Shown here piece after piece: positions 21,749-33,200 of a stretch of 56,283 bases of DNA. Position 1 is the stretch's first letter. Every line of letters begins with the position of its first letter. The position numbers were made by a program, and so were the translations under genes. The stretch is from Dimargaris cristalligena (Eukaryota). The notes below the pieces were generated by a model, which saw only the letters and a list, made by a program, of their open reading frames with translations, was not told the DNA's origin and did no database searches. The stretch spans positions 1 through 56,283 of the forward strand of contig ML002256.1 in assembly GCA_003614675.1 (NCBI GenBank), written 5' to 3'.

Positions 21749-23439
21749 TTAGTTGTTATCATCATGTAAATCGGGTAGATATTCGGGGCTCTGGAATTTT
21801 AGCCCTTCCACAATTTCCATCGGAATAGCACTCTTAATCACATTCATTCCAAACCCACTATCATCCCAGAAGTTGACGGCTTTGGGATCAAACAATAGAC
21901 TGGTACACTCTGCATCGTTGTACTCTACACTTTCGTCCACTTCGAAGGGGGCGAAAGTCTGAGTCAGGGCTGCGACCCCCACCTCTACGATTTTATCAAG
22001 TCGCGGCCAGTTGGCGATGAGATAATCCCGGGCCTGGTACAAACCGTAGGTATGCAAGCAATCAACGACGATTTGACGAACTAATGTGACGTCCTCGTCG
22101 AGTCCATTGGATTCGACCCAATGAATCATTCCATTGTAGAATGCGGCTTCAGAATGAATAGTCGCGGCCAACTCCGGATGACTAGGAACATATAAGGCGA
22201 ATTTTCGGGCAGCCAGAATGAGTCCAAACATAGCATAGTTATTCCGGGTGACTCGGAGAAGCCAGGGTCTATTAAACCCCACTAGAACAGTCGTAAACAA
22301 TTCTTTAATTTTGTCGAAGGAGGCCGTCACTGAGCCCGGCCGACGAGCGGAATTTGCCGTAGTTACCCGTAGCTGGGCGTCGGTGACTTGCTGGTATAAG
22401 TGCCACGTGACACTATAATACAAATCCTCCCGAATCATACTCATGGTAGCCCAAAAAAGGGACCGGAATCTCTCGTCGTTTCCTCCACCGACGGTCCTTG
22501 TAAAGGCACTGGTGACCGGCCCGACTACATTAGGACCCAGCACGCCGTCTACTAACTTAGTAAAGTCGGCGACACTATACTCATTGGCCAGCTGGAGCAT
22601 GGGGAACATTGTATATAGAGTTTTGTCCGGCATATCGTCCACCATAACTACGTCACGGGTGCTAGTTTGGAATATCGGCAAGGCCAAATAATAGCCAAGA
22701 GGGCTATTAGGGCCCTCGGATTGCATGGTATCTACAAGGAACTTTTTGAATAGAAATAAGGTCTCATGTTTGAGTAACGCCATCCAATCGTGGATGAGGG
22801 TAGTTCCCTTAAGGTTTAGTTCATCGGCAGGAAGGCCCTTATCCATTACCATTCTGCTGTACTCTTGGACAGATGGTACAATCGTTTGACCTAACGAGTT
22901 TATCTATGCAATTCAATATTATATTCAAAAGAAGGATAATAAAATCAAAATTGGTGTTTGGCTGCGACTAGGAGGTTGTTTAAGGACCTTGAACTCATGT
23001 AAGCAAGCTCAATCATACATGTGTTCCGATTTATCAACTATTATTTAGCAACGGGGCATACCCCCGTAGGCTACACCTTATTGATCAATCAGAGGAAAAA
23101 GCTAAAAAAGAAAAAATATTCACTGCGTTCCATCGATTGCAGCAAACCGGCGAGACATAAAACGTTGGCCCGTAAATGCGACATCCATACAATTATACTG
23201 ATACTTACCGATGCTGGGGCAGATTCCAGGACATTACCACGCCATTGCCGGTTTGTCAATAAGAGTTGTCCACGCGTCTCGCTATCTAATAAATGGGCAA
23301 TAATTAGTCCCAACTCTCGAGATAGTAGTTTGATATTTGGGTACTGGCTGGTAGAGTTGGGGTTCATAGGGCCGCCCACTGAGGTCGAAATCCCCATGGC
23401 AGCGACAGCGAACGTTAAAGTGGTCTTGGAAAATCGCAT
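21749..23439 (-). CDS. Secreted protein with signal peptide + F-box-like motif + ~385 aa domain of unknown function (copy A), ~461 aa; exons 23439-23209 and 22903-21749
   Basis: Signal peptide MRFSKTTLTFAVAAMGISTSVG; F-box-like IKLLSRELGLIIAHLLDSETRGQLLLTNRQWRGNV; a phase-0 GTAAGT..CATAG intron joins the long 3' ORF in frame; the paralogue at 27098-28805 has the same exon structure. Confidence 0.8.
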
Positions 23440-23667
23440 GATTATTCTGAAGGAGAAGGAGGGGCGGTGGGGGCTGTTGGTAAAAACGAGGCTAAGTGAG
23501 GGCAGGACGGCTACCGGTCAATTATGTGTGCGGAATAAGGGTAGAATGGCACGGATGAAGCTTTCAGACTAGGGAAAATGGGTGGAATAGAGAAGGGGCA
23601 GGGGCATTGACGGAACTGAGCTGTTCAAAGGGACCATTTCTGATGAATGGAAAACGCCCATACGGGG

Positions 23668-23675
23668 TATTTATA
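23668..23675 (-). promoter_or_regulatory. TATA box of copy A (TATAAATA); the homologous site in copy B (29031-29038) reads TACAAATA
   Basis: Located about 230 nt upstream of the ATG at the aligned position in both duplicates. Confidence 0.55.
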
Positions 23676-23842
23676 CTGGTAATCACGTAGGACCATCTTC
23701 CCTAATGGTAGCATTTTCGAAAATAGAAGTGTAGGTAGGGTATGGTCTATCCCTGGCAAGCGAGTTTTTGCACTGTAAGCACCACAGCTCGCTCGATATC
23801 ACACTAAATGTCGTACATTTGAAACAACTGTCATGAGTCAAT

Positions 23843-24010
23843 GTGTAACCATATACCCTTCAATAGCGAATTCAATTGACTAGGGGGATAAACTGAGATA
23901 AAGGGCAGGGAAACCCCTACACATAGGGCCCCAACTCTCACAAGCACGGATTGGGAGGTGCCCTAATCTGACCTTACGACGAAGAATACGTTGGACGGGG
24001 TGGGTTACAC
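23843..24010. repeat. ~170 bp segment bounded by GTGTAACC...GGTTACAC inverted repeats (possible old MITE); second copy at 29210-29380
   Basis: 8-9 bp terminal inverted repeat conserved in both duplicates while the interior has diverged; no clear TSD. Confidence 0.4.
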
Positions 24011-25653
24011 TTGCTACAACTATGTATTGGCTATACTTAAGCATATACCATAGTTATATAACGGGGGACGCCATCTCCCCTCCTTTCTTTTTAAAAGGCC
24101 GTATATTATTGGGCACATATCATAACTCAGTGTGGATTCTTGAACATTTTTTGTATTCATGGCCAGCTTACTTGTGAACCACTAATTTACGCCGCCGCGT
24201 TGGAGGCTGATGTAGTGGATTTAATTAGTTACACCGGTGGCTCCACAAGTCCAAGTCTGTAATCTCGGCCATTGAGTACGGAGGAGTACGGCCTGTATTC
24301 TGGTATGTATCCTCCCAACCTTCGTTATATATTAGGTTCTGTCCAATGGCACTAAAGTGCCTTTTTGCCTTTCAAAGTAAACCATGCGGCCGGTATAGGA
24401 AGTCCTATATTTCAATAGTTGTATTGTCTCTCATGGTACGTTGAATGTACGACTCGCGCTGTCGTGTAGGTGGGGATGGAAAGCATCCATTGGGTGCTGT
24501 TGTCAATGCTATATACAGATAACTAAGCGGCTGACTAATCCTTCAGCTGGCCCCCCTCCTCCCCAATTATTTTTCTAGCCATCCTCCTAATTGCACAGAC
24601 TGGGGTCTCGATGGTAGAGAATGTAATAAAAGGGCACGACGAAAGAAAAAATATACGAGTACCCAGCCACCCTGGTATTTAATTCTGCGCCTCAATTAGT
24701 CGGGGAGTAGTGGACTATCGAAGGCCCCAGATTGATCAGGGAATATCGACCCCCATGAGACCAAACTAACTACTGTGCGACTAGACACATTCGCAGTGGC
24801 TGTGTTGAAAATGGGGGAGGGGGGTGGTGGCTAAAATAGCGGATAATACAAGTTAATTGTACGAATACGCCACTTTCCCGGAGTATGACCCTTTCCCAAA
24901 TTACCCTTACCCGCCATGGTGCAGAATTTACCTGTTCCATTATGCACATTTTATCCAGAGTATTGCCTGCTGTTTATATCCAATGCATTACCGCCGCAAT
25001 TTGCTATGAGGTTTACTTGTCTGATTCCAGACTCTCATTGAAAGCCGTATATTCGGTGACAATTTTTGAACACAAGGAAACCCTACTGTTTTCATTTAGT
25101 GATTAGGAGCATGGGTTCGTTAAAACTCAGCTGCATAGAATTTTGGAATACACCCGAATAGAACTATCAATGAGTGCCAACCTTACTTATCTGACTGACT
25201 AGCTGCAAAGCAGTAGACCAATACTGCATAAGTATAGGCTAATATCCCAAGTGTCTAACTCTGCTTGAAGGAAACCTATTTTATCATTGTTAGTTGAAAC
25301 CCTAGTAAATAACCAACACAATGCTGTGTTGGGGGCTATTCAGGCAAGCTTCCTAAGCATATAGAACTGGGTGTTACCATCAGGACATAACAACAGGGAG
25401 CAGCTGGGGTATAAATAGATTGGAGTACTAATACATGGGCTACCAACTTAGTAAGGGAATATAGAGATATATACTGATGAACTAGATAAATATAAGTTAC
25501 AAAGTAAGATATTGAGTCCTGAGTGAGCATCTATATGGGGGGTCACCACTAGAGAGTTGCCCAGGAACAGGAAAGGTAGTACTATAAGGTATTCATTATC
25601 ATCTAGAAGATTGCAATTGGGAAGGAGGGTGGATTAAATTTATAAGTGCCAAC

Positions 25654-26684
25654 TGTTGCCCAGGTTAACCACTCTTAGTCCAATAAGAGTCCTGAGGATA
25701 GGCTTCTAACAGTAGGTGGGGCTCAGGCTTGGCTAAGTGGGTTACTAGCATTAGGTATAGATATGGTACTTATCAGCCCTTCTAATCTGACTTAATCCAG
25801 ATATAATGATTGCTCATCCCTATTAGGCCTTATAGTGCCATATTAACCTTCCTATAGTCACCCCCAGTACTATGGGATCACCCTATATTACATAACCATT
25901 CCCCTTCTGAACTCTTTAGTTCACACTAATTACACCCATGCTGATCTAATGACTCTTCTGGTTCCTAACAGAGTCTTCCAAGTCCTTATAGCTATCTGAA
26001 TAGTTTATTTATCATACCTTAGTCTTAGTAGTATCTTACTTTAGGGACCTCCCTCTAGAGTCATCCCCCATATATATATAACTAGGCCCCATTGGGACCA
26101 GTTCAATTCCTTAGCTTATTCTTACCCCTCAGTTTATCCCAATAAACTCTATATATATTCACCCCCTCATATTAACTAGTAAGCATGCCTGCTGCATGTC
26201 CCTGGCCTAAACCTGCATTTATAGCCTTTATTAGTTAGTACTATGCCCCCACCTAATACTAGGACCCACTTAGCTAAGTCTAAGCCCCATCTACTATTAG
26301 AAGCCTACCCCCAGGACTCTTGACAGACTAAGAGTAGTAAACCTGGATGATAGTACTAACTAATAAAGGCTACAAAATGCAGGTATATATAAGGGATATG
26401 CAGTAGCACACTTACTAATCAGTACAAGGATAGTGAGTGTATTTAGGGTTTATTGGGGGTAAACCAGGGGGGTAGGAATAAGCTGAAGAATCTAACTGAT
26501 CCCAATGGGGCCTGGTTATATATATGGGGATAACTCCAGAGGGAGGCCCTGGGGGAAGGGTTATATGATATAGGGTGATCCCATAGTACTAGGGATGACT
26601 ATGGGAAGGTTAATATGGTACTATAAGTCCTTATAGGGATAAACACTAGTGTATCCAGATTAGGGTAGATTAAATGGTCCAATA
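25654..26684 (-). mobile_element. Family L solo LTR (host, internally deleted), interrupted by an inverted copy of the same family
   Basis: Starts TGTTGCC at 25654, resumes at gtactaactaat after 26352 and ends CAATA (read as CAACA with C>T). Flanks CCAAC / TTAAC fit a 5-bp TSD with two C>T changes. Confidence 0.8.
25771..26352 (+). mobile_element. Family L solo LTR (582 bp) nested in inverted orientation
   Basis: Ends TATCAG...TGATA (TGTCAG...TGACA with one transition at each end); 5-bp TSD GTACT at 25766-25770 and 26353-26357; TATATATA at ~26071 then AATAAA at 26141. Confidence 0.88.
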
Positions 26685-26899
26685 TTAACCAACATTTTAA
26701 AAATATCACCACCCATGGTACCAGGGATTACCTCATGGAGTGATCTATAATATAGCCATGCTGAAATTAGGGACAACTGTGATAAGGTGTCTGGTAATAA
26801 TAGTGTTAATATAGAGCAATAGCCTAGATTACAAAGTTGGAAAAATATTAGTTGAGGGAGGCTTCTTATGATCCTGGACTTGTTTCACGAACTGAATAT

Positions 26900-29800
26900 T
26901 TAAATTGGACTTTATTGTAAATACTCAAACGAAAGTGGCCTAGAAGGCATTCCCATGAGGATAGGGTAGGATAAACTGTTGGCAGATAATATGTATAATA
27001 AAGTACTAAGAAGCTCCAATAGAGAGGGCGCTGGCAGATGGTTTTAAAATGGTGAATAACTAGATCCAGTCGTAGATGGGGAGACCTAGCTAATCTCCTA
27101 TAAATCGGGTAGAGCATCGGGTAGAGCATCGGGGTCCTTGAATTTAAGCCTATTTTTCATTTCCTTCGGAATGGCGCTTTCAATCACATTGATTCCAAAC
27201 CCGTCATCTTCCCAAATGTTGACGATTTCGGTCTCAAACAATAGACGGGGACACTCGGTATTATCCAAGACTGTAGTGTCGTCCACTTCAAAGGGGGCGA
27301 AATCCCAACTCAGGTCCGTGACCTCCCCCTCTACGATATTATCAAGATATGACCAGTTGGCGATGAGATATTCCCGGGCTTCATGCAAATAATATTCATC
27401 CAAGCAAGCGAGGGCGACTTGGCGATTGGCCATGATGATTTGAGGAGGGTCTGTGATCTCGTCGCTGAAATCGTTGAAATTGACCCAATTAACCATTCTA
27501 TTGAAGAATGCGGCCTCGGCATGAATAATGGGGACCAAGTCCGGATGACTAGGAGCATACTTCGCGTATTTGCGGGCGGCCAGAATGATTCCAAAGATGG
27601 CATAGTTATTCCGGGTGATATGGGACTGATAGTCCTTATTCCCAGGATCCAGAACCGTAGTAAACAGGTATTTTATCTTGTCGAAGGAGATTGGCACGTT
27701 TGCCCGCCGACTATTCGAATTCGCATCAAACTTGGGAAACTGGACGTTGGTAACCTGTTGGTATAGGTACCAGATGACGCGGAAGTACAAATCATCCTGG
27801 ATCTTAAATGATGCTGCTGGGAATGGAAACAGTAGGCCATGACTCCCAGTAGCGAACACCCTCTCAAACGCATCGGATACAGGAAGGTTTGCATTAAACC
27901 CTAACATGCCTTTCACCAATTGATGAAATTCGGGGACTTCAAGTTCATGGGCCAGCTGGAGTATGGGGAATATCGTATACAACTGTTCATTGTCCAGCGT
28001 TTCCACTAGGACCATGCCACGGGGGTCAGGTCGGAAGACGGGCCTATCCAAAATTTGGCGATTGGTACCCTGTGCCATTTTGCCGCTACTAATAAGCGCT
28101 GCTCTTAAATGAAATAAGGTCTCGTGTTTGAGGAGCGCCATCCAATAGTGGACGAGTTCGAGTGCCTTGCGGCTCAAGCTGTCGACATTCCCGCCATCGT
28201 CATTTAGCATATTGTCGTACTCTTGGATAAAATGTACGATTGTTTCGCCCAATTCGGTCGTCTATGTTGTAGAATTTACATTTTTTTTTTAGGAAGTAGC
28301 AACGAAACCAGATTTAAAATTCAACTATAATTTGAAGACCGTTTGGAAGTTTTTTTACACAAGAATCGGATCGAGTCTTGCCATACTCCCAGTGCTCAAT
28401 TATTTTCTGACAACATAACGTATCCTCATAGGGGATACATTAGTCGAACCAATTGGCGACCAACGCGGATGAGACATCCGGTAAAAGTAGTCCGTTGCAA
28501 AAAAAAACAAAAAACAAATAATACATATATCGGTTGGTGTTATGCGACAATTCTAAATCCATAGTTGTACTTACACGGATCTTTCCGGTTGCTTGGACAG
28601 TTTTTCGCAAGCTCCGGCTTGTCATCAAGAGTTGGACACGCTCGGGGGTATCCAATAAATCAATAATAGACCATATAGTCTCTTAAGATAGTTTGTTGAT
28701 ATCTGATTTTCCGGTGTTGATTTGGGGGTTCATAGGGCTGCCCATTGAGGTCGAAATCCCCACGGCGGCGACGGCGAATGTAAAAACGGTCTTGGAAAAT
28801 CGCATGGTTATTCTGAAGGAGAAGGAGGGGCGGTGGGGGCTGTTGGTAAAAACAAGGCTAAACGAGGGCAGGACGGCTATCAATATATACGGTGTGAGTA
28901 ACAAGGCAAGAGAAACGCGCATGAAGCTCTCAGACAATATAAAACCATTCGAATAGAACAGGGTGGTCGCAATGGTGGAATGTGGTAGCTCAGAGACATG
29001 TTTTTATGAATGGAAGGCGCGCATTCGAGGTATTTGTATTATTAATAGTTTATGGTAACTCTCTCCAATGATGATATTTTTGACCATGGCCAAGTCAGCA
29101 TGGGTTGGTCTATTCCTGCCAGGCTGACAAGTGCACCATAGTTACCGTGGCCCCCTTGAAAATAAATACCAAAGCATTTATTTTTGAAGTAACTCCCTCG
29201 ATCCACTACAGTGTAACCATATACCCTTGAATAGCGAATTCATCGACCAGGGGGGGGATTGTTAGGGATGCACGACGAGGAAAAACCCAGCCACGGGCTC
29301 CCAAATCTCGGAAGCGTGGATTATGAAGAGAGGAGGGGGGCTACATAGGGAAAGCCCCGTTTAACGAGGTGGGTTACACTTGCCATAATTTGTATTGGTT
29401 ATGCTCTAGCCAACCCCATAGTTATATAGTAGAGGGTTTTCCTCATTATCCCTTTTCCCTTTTAAAAAATAATTATCTAATTGGGCAACCACCATAGCCT
29501 AGTTTGGATTCTCGAACATTTTTTATATTCCCGACCAGTGCACCTTTGCACTACTAATATTTGTCACTTTGTTGAAGAGGGTTGCTGTGGCTATGCTATT
29601 CGTGGAGAAAGCGGCTCCATAAGACTAAATCTGTACCCCCGACCATTGGAAACGTAGACGCAAGGCCTTTTATCTGGACCCCATCCTCGCCATCTTCATT
29701 GCATTTTAGGCACCGGGCAACCACACTAATTTCCCCACCGCCTACCAAAGTAAACTATGGGGCCGATATATACATGGCCTAATATTTTAAATGGTTGGAT

Positions 29801-30240
29801 ATACTTACTTGGATAGATTGAACATACGACTCACGCCATCGTTTAAATGGTTTTGGAAACTCCCTACAGAATACTTTTATCGGTGCAACATACAACTCCA
29901 TACGCTGTCGGGTACTCTTTCAATTATTTATCCTTCTCGTGTATTGTTTTACTTGACCACCCTACACGTTTAAAAAAATTGGGCCTCAAGGGTGGAAACC
30001 GGAGGTGGGGGGAATGGTAAGAGAGGCGAGGGATGACGAAAGAGAGGAGCTATGGCCACCCTAATAATTCATTTTGCGCTTTAGTTGGCCAGGGAATAAC
30101 GCATTATCGAAGGTCCCAGACCAATCTGAGAACCGAACCCCACATAAAGCCAAGTCGGCTACCAAGCTGACCATCACACTGCTAGACACAGCCACCGTGG
30201 CTATATTGCGAATGAAAAGGGAGCAAAATAGATGATACGA
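26900..30240. repeat. Tandem segmental duplication, copy B
   Basis: Colinear with 21560-24860 over the 3' UTR, both exons and ~1.4 kb of upstream DNA. Confidence 0.9.
27098..28805 (-). pseudogene. Paralogue (copy B) of the secreted F-box-like protein with an in-frame TAA in exon 1; exons 28805-28575 and 28261-27098
   Basis: Exon 1 (231 nt, same length as in copy A) reads MRFSKTVFTFAVAAVGISTSMGSPMNPQINTGKSDINKLS*ETIWSIIDLLDTPERVQLLMTSRSLRKTV; the TAA at 28685-28683 aligns with CGA (Arg) in copy A; exon 2 is fully open. Confidence 0.75.
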
Positions 30241-33200
30241 CAGGTTAGTAGAAAGAGTAGTCTGGCAGTTACAGGTTTAGTCTTTTCCCTTTTTGTATTT
30301 ACTAACTACGATGCCTATATCGCCCGTTCTATCCCACACACGCAGTTTCGCATATGCGCCCTTTCTTGTATTAGCAGCGATTAGTAGCTCCCTTTTTAAG
30401 ATACTGGACTTAGGAATGCGGGTAGTGGACACGGCCTCCCTCTTAAGGCAGTTTGGCGTTAATATAGTAAGAACTCGGCGTACAGATATGGAAACGTTTA
30501 ATGGGGTGGAAAGGCTGGTTTCGGGGTGCTGAAACTTGTGCATAATGGTAAACATTGCTGTAGAAATGGGGGAATAATGAACATTGATGTTCTCCGAAAT
30601 ATTAGCGAAAATAGGATTTTTATAAAAGAATAAATTCCTTTGCAGGATTCTGGCGTAATCTAAATTCAAATAATGGATACTTCACTGGGAGTAATGTCCC
30701 AATAAAAGAGGTAAAGGTAACACCAAGTTGAATATTGGAGATATTCAGTCCAGCTGTCTAACGCGGCACCTGTTTGACAAGACCAATATCACTTGTTACA
30801 AGTAAATACACCACCTATCTAACCATATACCTTTTTTTATAAAAGTATACAGCTGTGTTGGTTTTCACCCGCATGATGGACTAAACCGTCGGGAATATTT
30901 CAATGCTTGGTAAATGTAACGCTGTATCAAAATGCAAATCATGCCAACCCACCAAATAGACTCTGGTTGTAATATTAAATATGGGTATTATGAACCTTTC
31001 CTTGGTGGGAATGGATATCCAGCATTAACAATCAATTACGGTTCGCTGGACGATATTACACTCGTTCATTAGGATGTCGTTTAACCCGCCTGCCGTCTCC
31101 ATTATCTTGCACAGCAGGGTGGATTTAGTAGTATTCCTCAACTTACACGGTGCTCTTTGAATGAAGACTAGGCCAAAATTGCGAAGCTTTTCATGGGTAT
31201 ATTTAATTCGACTCCGTGGAAACCCGAAGACTGCCTACAACCTTGATCAATAAGACATCCTCAACTCAAGTAACCTGAAACACCGCCGGCCTCCGTTGGA
31301 TCGGATTTTAAAATTGGTATAATTCGGAAAACCAAACCCGCTGGACCATTTATCGGGGTTTAAAATTCCGGATAACCAATTCTAATCGTCGAATCATAGC
31401 ATCTGCAGCTGCAAGCTGCAGCGGAATTCCGCATTTGGGCTATCCGAATATCCTCCTAATACTCCGACCCCATGTCCCTTCCCTGCTCAAAACTAAAGAT
31501 CTCCAGGGCCTACACCGTGGCCGGTGAAAGAATTATAAACAGAGACCTACAAAAACAAGTTGTGTCGGAACTTTGGGAGATTCCAGGTTGAGCTAGGAAT
31601 AGCGAGAAATGAATGCGGTGGGTAGGAATATGGTTTTTTAAGGGGTATTATTACAGCCTTCTCATACCCTTTCCAGCACTTGCATTCTTGCGGGATGGGC
31701 ATTAAAAATTTACCACAGATCCTACTCATTATGCTTAGAGGATGCACAATCGGGTATTCTAAACCACTCTCCTTACCTGACCTTTATGGCGGGGTTTTCC
31801 GCTCGCCGCTTCAGACTGATTTGGTTTATGAAGATAATAATTCTGGAATAACCGACTACAATTCAGCACCTTACTTTTCCCACCTTCTTGGTTTCTCTCA
31901 GTACTTCTTCACAAAATCAATAGTAAAAAAGTAATAATATATAAATCTAGACAACTTCCATAGACCAAATATACTTAGAATAGAAGTGATCCACGTATCC
32001 GCCCTTCAGGTATTGAACCACTTTTTGGCTCTTCTGCAATCTGTTGGGGGAAGAGGCAGGCGTTCACCTTACCAGTTTGGGAGCCTTGTCGAACAAGGCT
32101 ACAAAATAATATTATTTGATTCGCTAGAGATGGCCTGTTTCAAACGATTATTTATTCATTTTTATATAAAGATTCGTACGGAAACTGCATTTTAGGCTAC
32201 ACTAAAAGCTGGGGGGGATTTGTTTACCTGGTAAGTGAAGTGTATTATTCACACAAGCCGACCCAGTCGGATAAGTTTGCTAGTGTATAACGTTAGTAAA
32301 TACAAGCACTCTAAGAAACTGTCGGGGATTAGGTGTGTAAAAGAAAGCGATCCGTGTCTGGGGTAGGTAAACGTTGCGTCGATCGTTCGTGTACTATGAA
32401 GATTGTTGTGTACTGTATCAAACACTTGGCGTGGAAAACAGCATCAGGGAGTTCAACTAAGGCCGATTTGCCGCAGTAGCGATAAGGCGGGTCTTATCAA
32501 GGCATGAAACAGATGACTTGGTAGTGGGAGGGAAATAATGACACTAGGCGTCCCAGTGATACCGCCCCAGGGTCGTTTGGAATCCAGGTATAACCCATTC
32601 CGGATGGCTTCCAAATGAAAATAAATAAACATGGGCCAACAATGGAATGCCTATTGGGGTTTCCCGCCCCTCTCTCTGAAATAGGAGCACGTAGATTGGT
32701 GTAAGAGAATAGGAACCCCCTTAGGACTATTATGGGCCTGTGTTTCAGGTGGAGAGTGAGCGGTCTTTGTGTGGACCAAATTCACAATGTGCATGATCGA
32801 CCCTTATTCCCTAAATATTGTTCTTCGCGTGGCCAATTCCCAGGCTTTTGAACTAAAATCGAATGGGGTGACGTGTAGTGGAAACTTAACCATTAACTAA
32901 TTTAGCTGATTGTTTTTACATGTACTACAGTATCTGTCATCATTAAATTATATCGAGTTTTAGTTTTATCCCTTATTACTGGCCTAAGCTTAAGCGTGGA
33001 GGGGACAGTTAAATCAATAATTGGCTGCTAACGCTGGGCTAGGCTGAACTAGGCTTGCTTTGCCTATTTAATTGTTTAATCTTTAGTTTCCGACCTCTCA
33101 AATGCATAGCGCTAAGGCTCGTATATTTCGAACATAAGGGTGGAGTTCACCCAGGTCAAAGGCAACCCCGCCCAACGATTGCACGATCCCTGGCTCTCAC

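Larger units (their letters stand above)
21560..24860. repeat. Tandem segmental duplication, copy A (gene plus ~1.4 kb upstream DNA); copy B is about 26900-30240
   Basis: Colinear matches: taaattgg..tttattgtaaat (21563/26901), attctgaaggagaaggaggggcggtgggggctgttggtaaaaac (23444/28810), gtgtaaccatataccctt (23843/29211), ctagacaca..gtggct (24781/30182). Confidence 0.9.

Noticed and set aside
23019-23037. Possible micro-exon in the intron of the secreted F-box-like gene (and near 28370-28390 in copy B)
   Set aside because: Candidate lengths (19 and 20 nt) are not multiples of three and are not conserved; direct phase-0 splicing already keeps the frame in both copies.
23021-23572. 183 aa plus-strand ORF, with a counterpart at 28693-28956
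   Set aside because: Antisense to the signal peptide/F-box exon; the similarity between the two comes from the DNA duplication.
31404-31432. Short palindromes TGCAGCTGCA and GCGGAATTCCGC
   Set aside because: Too short and isolated to support a structured RNA or element.
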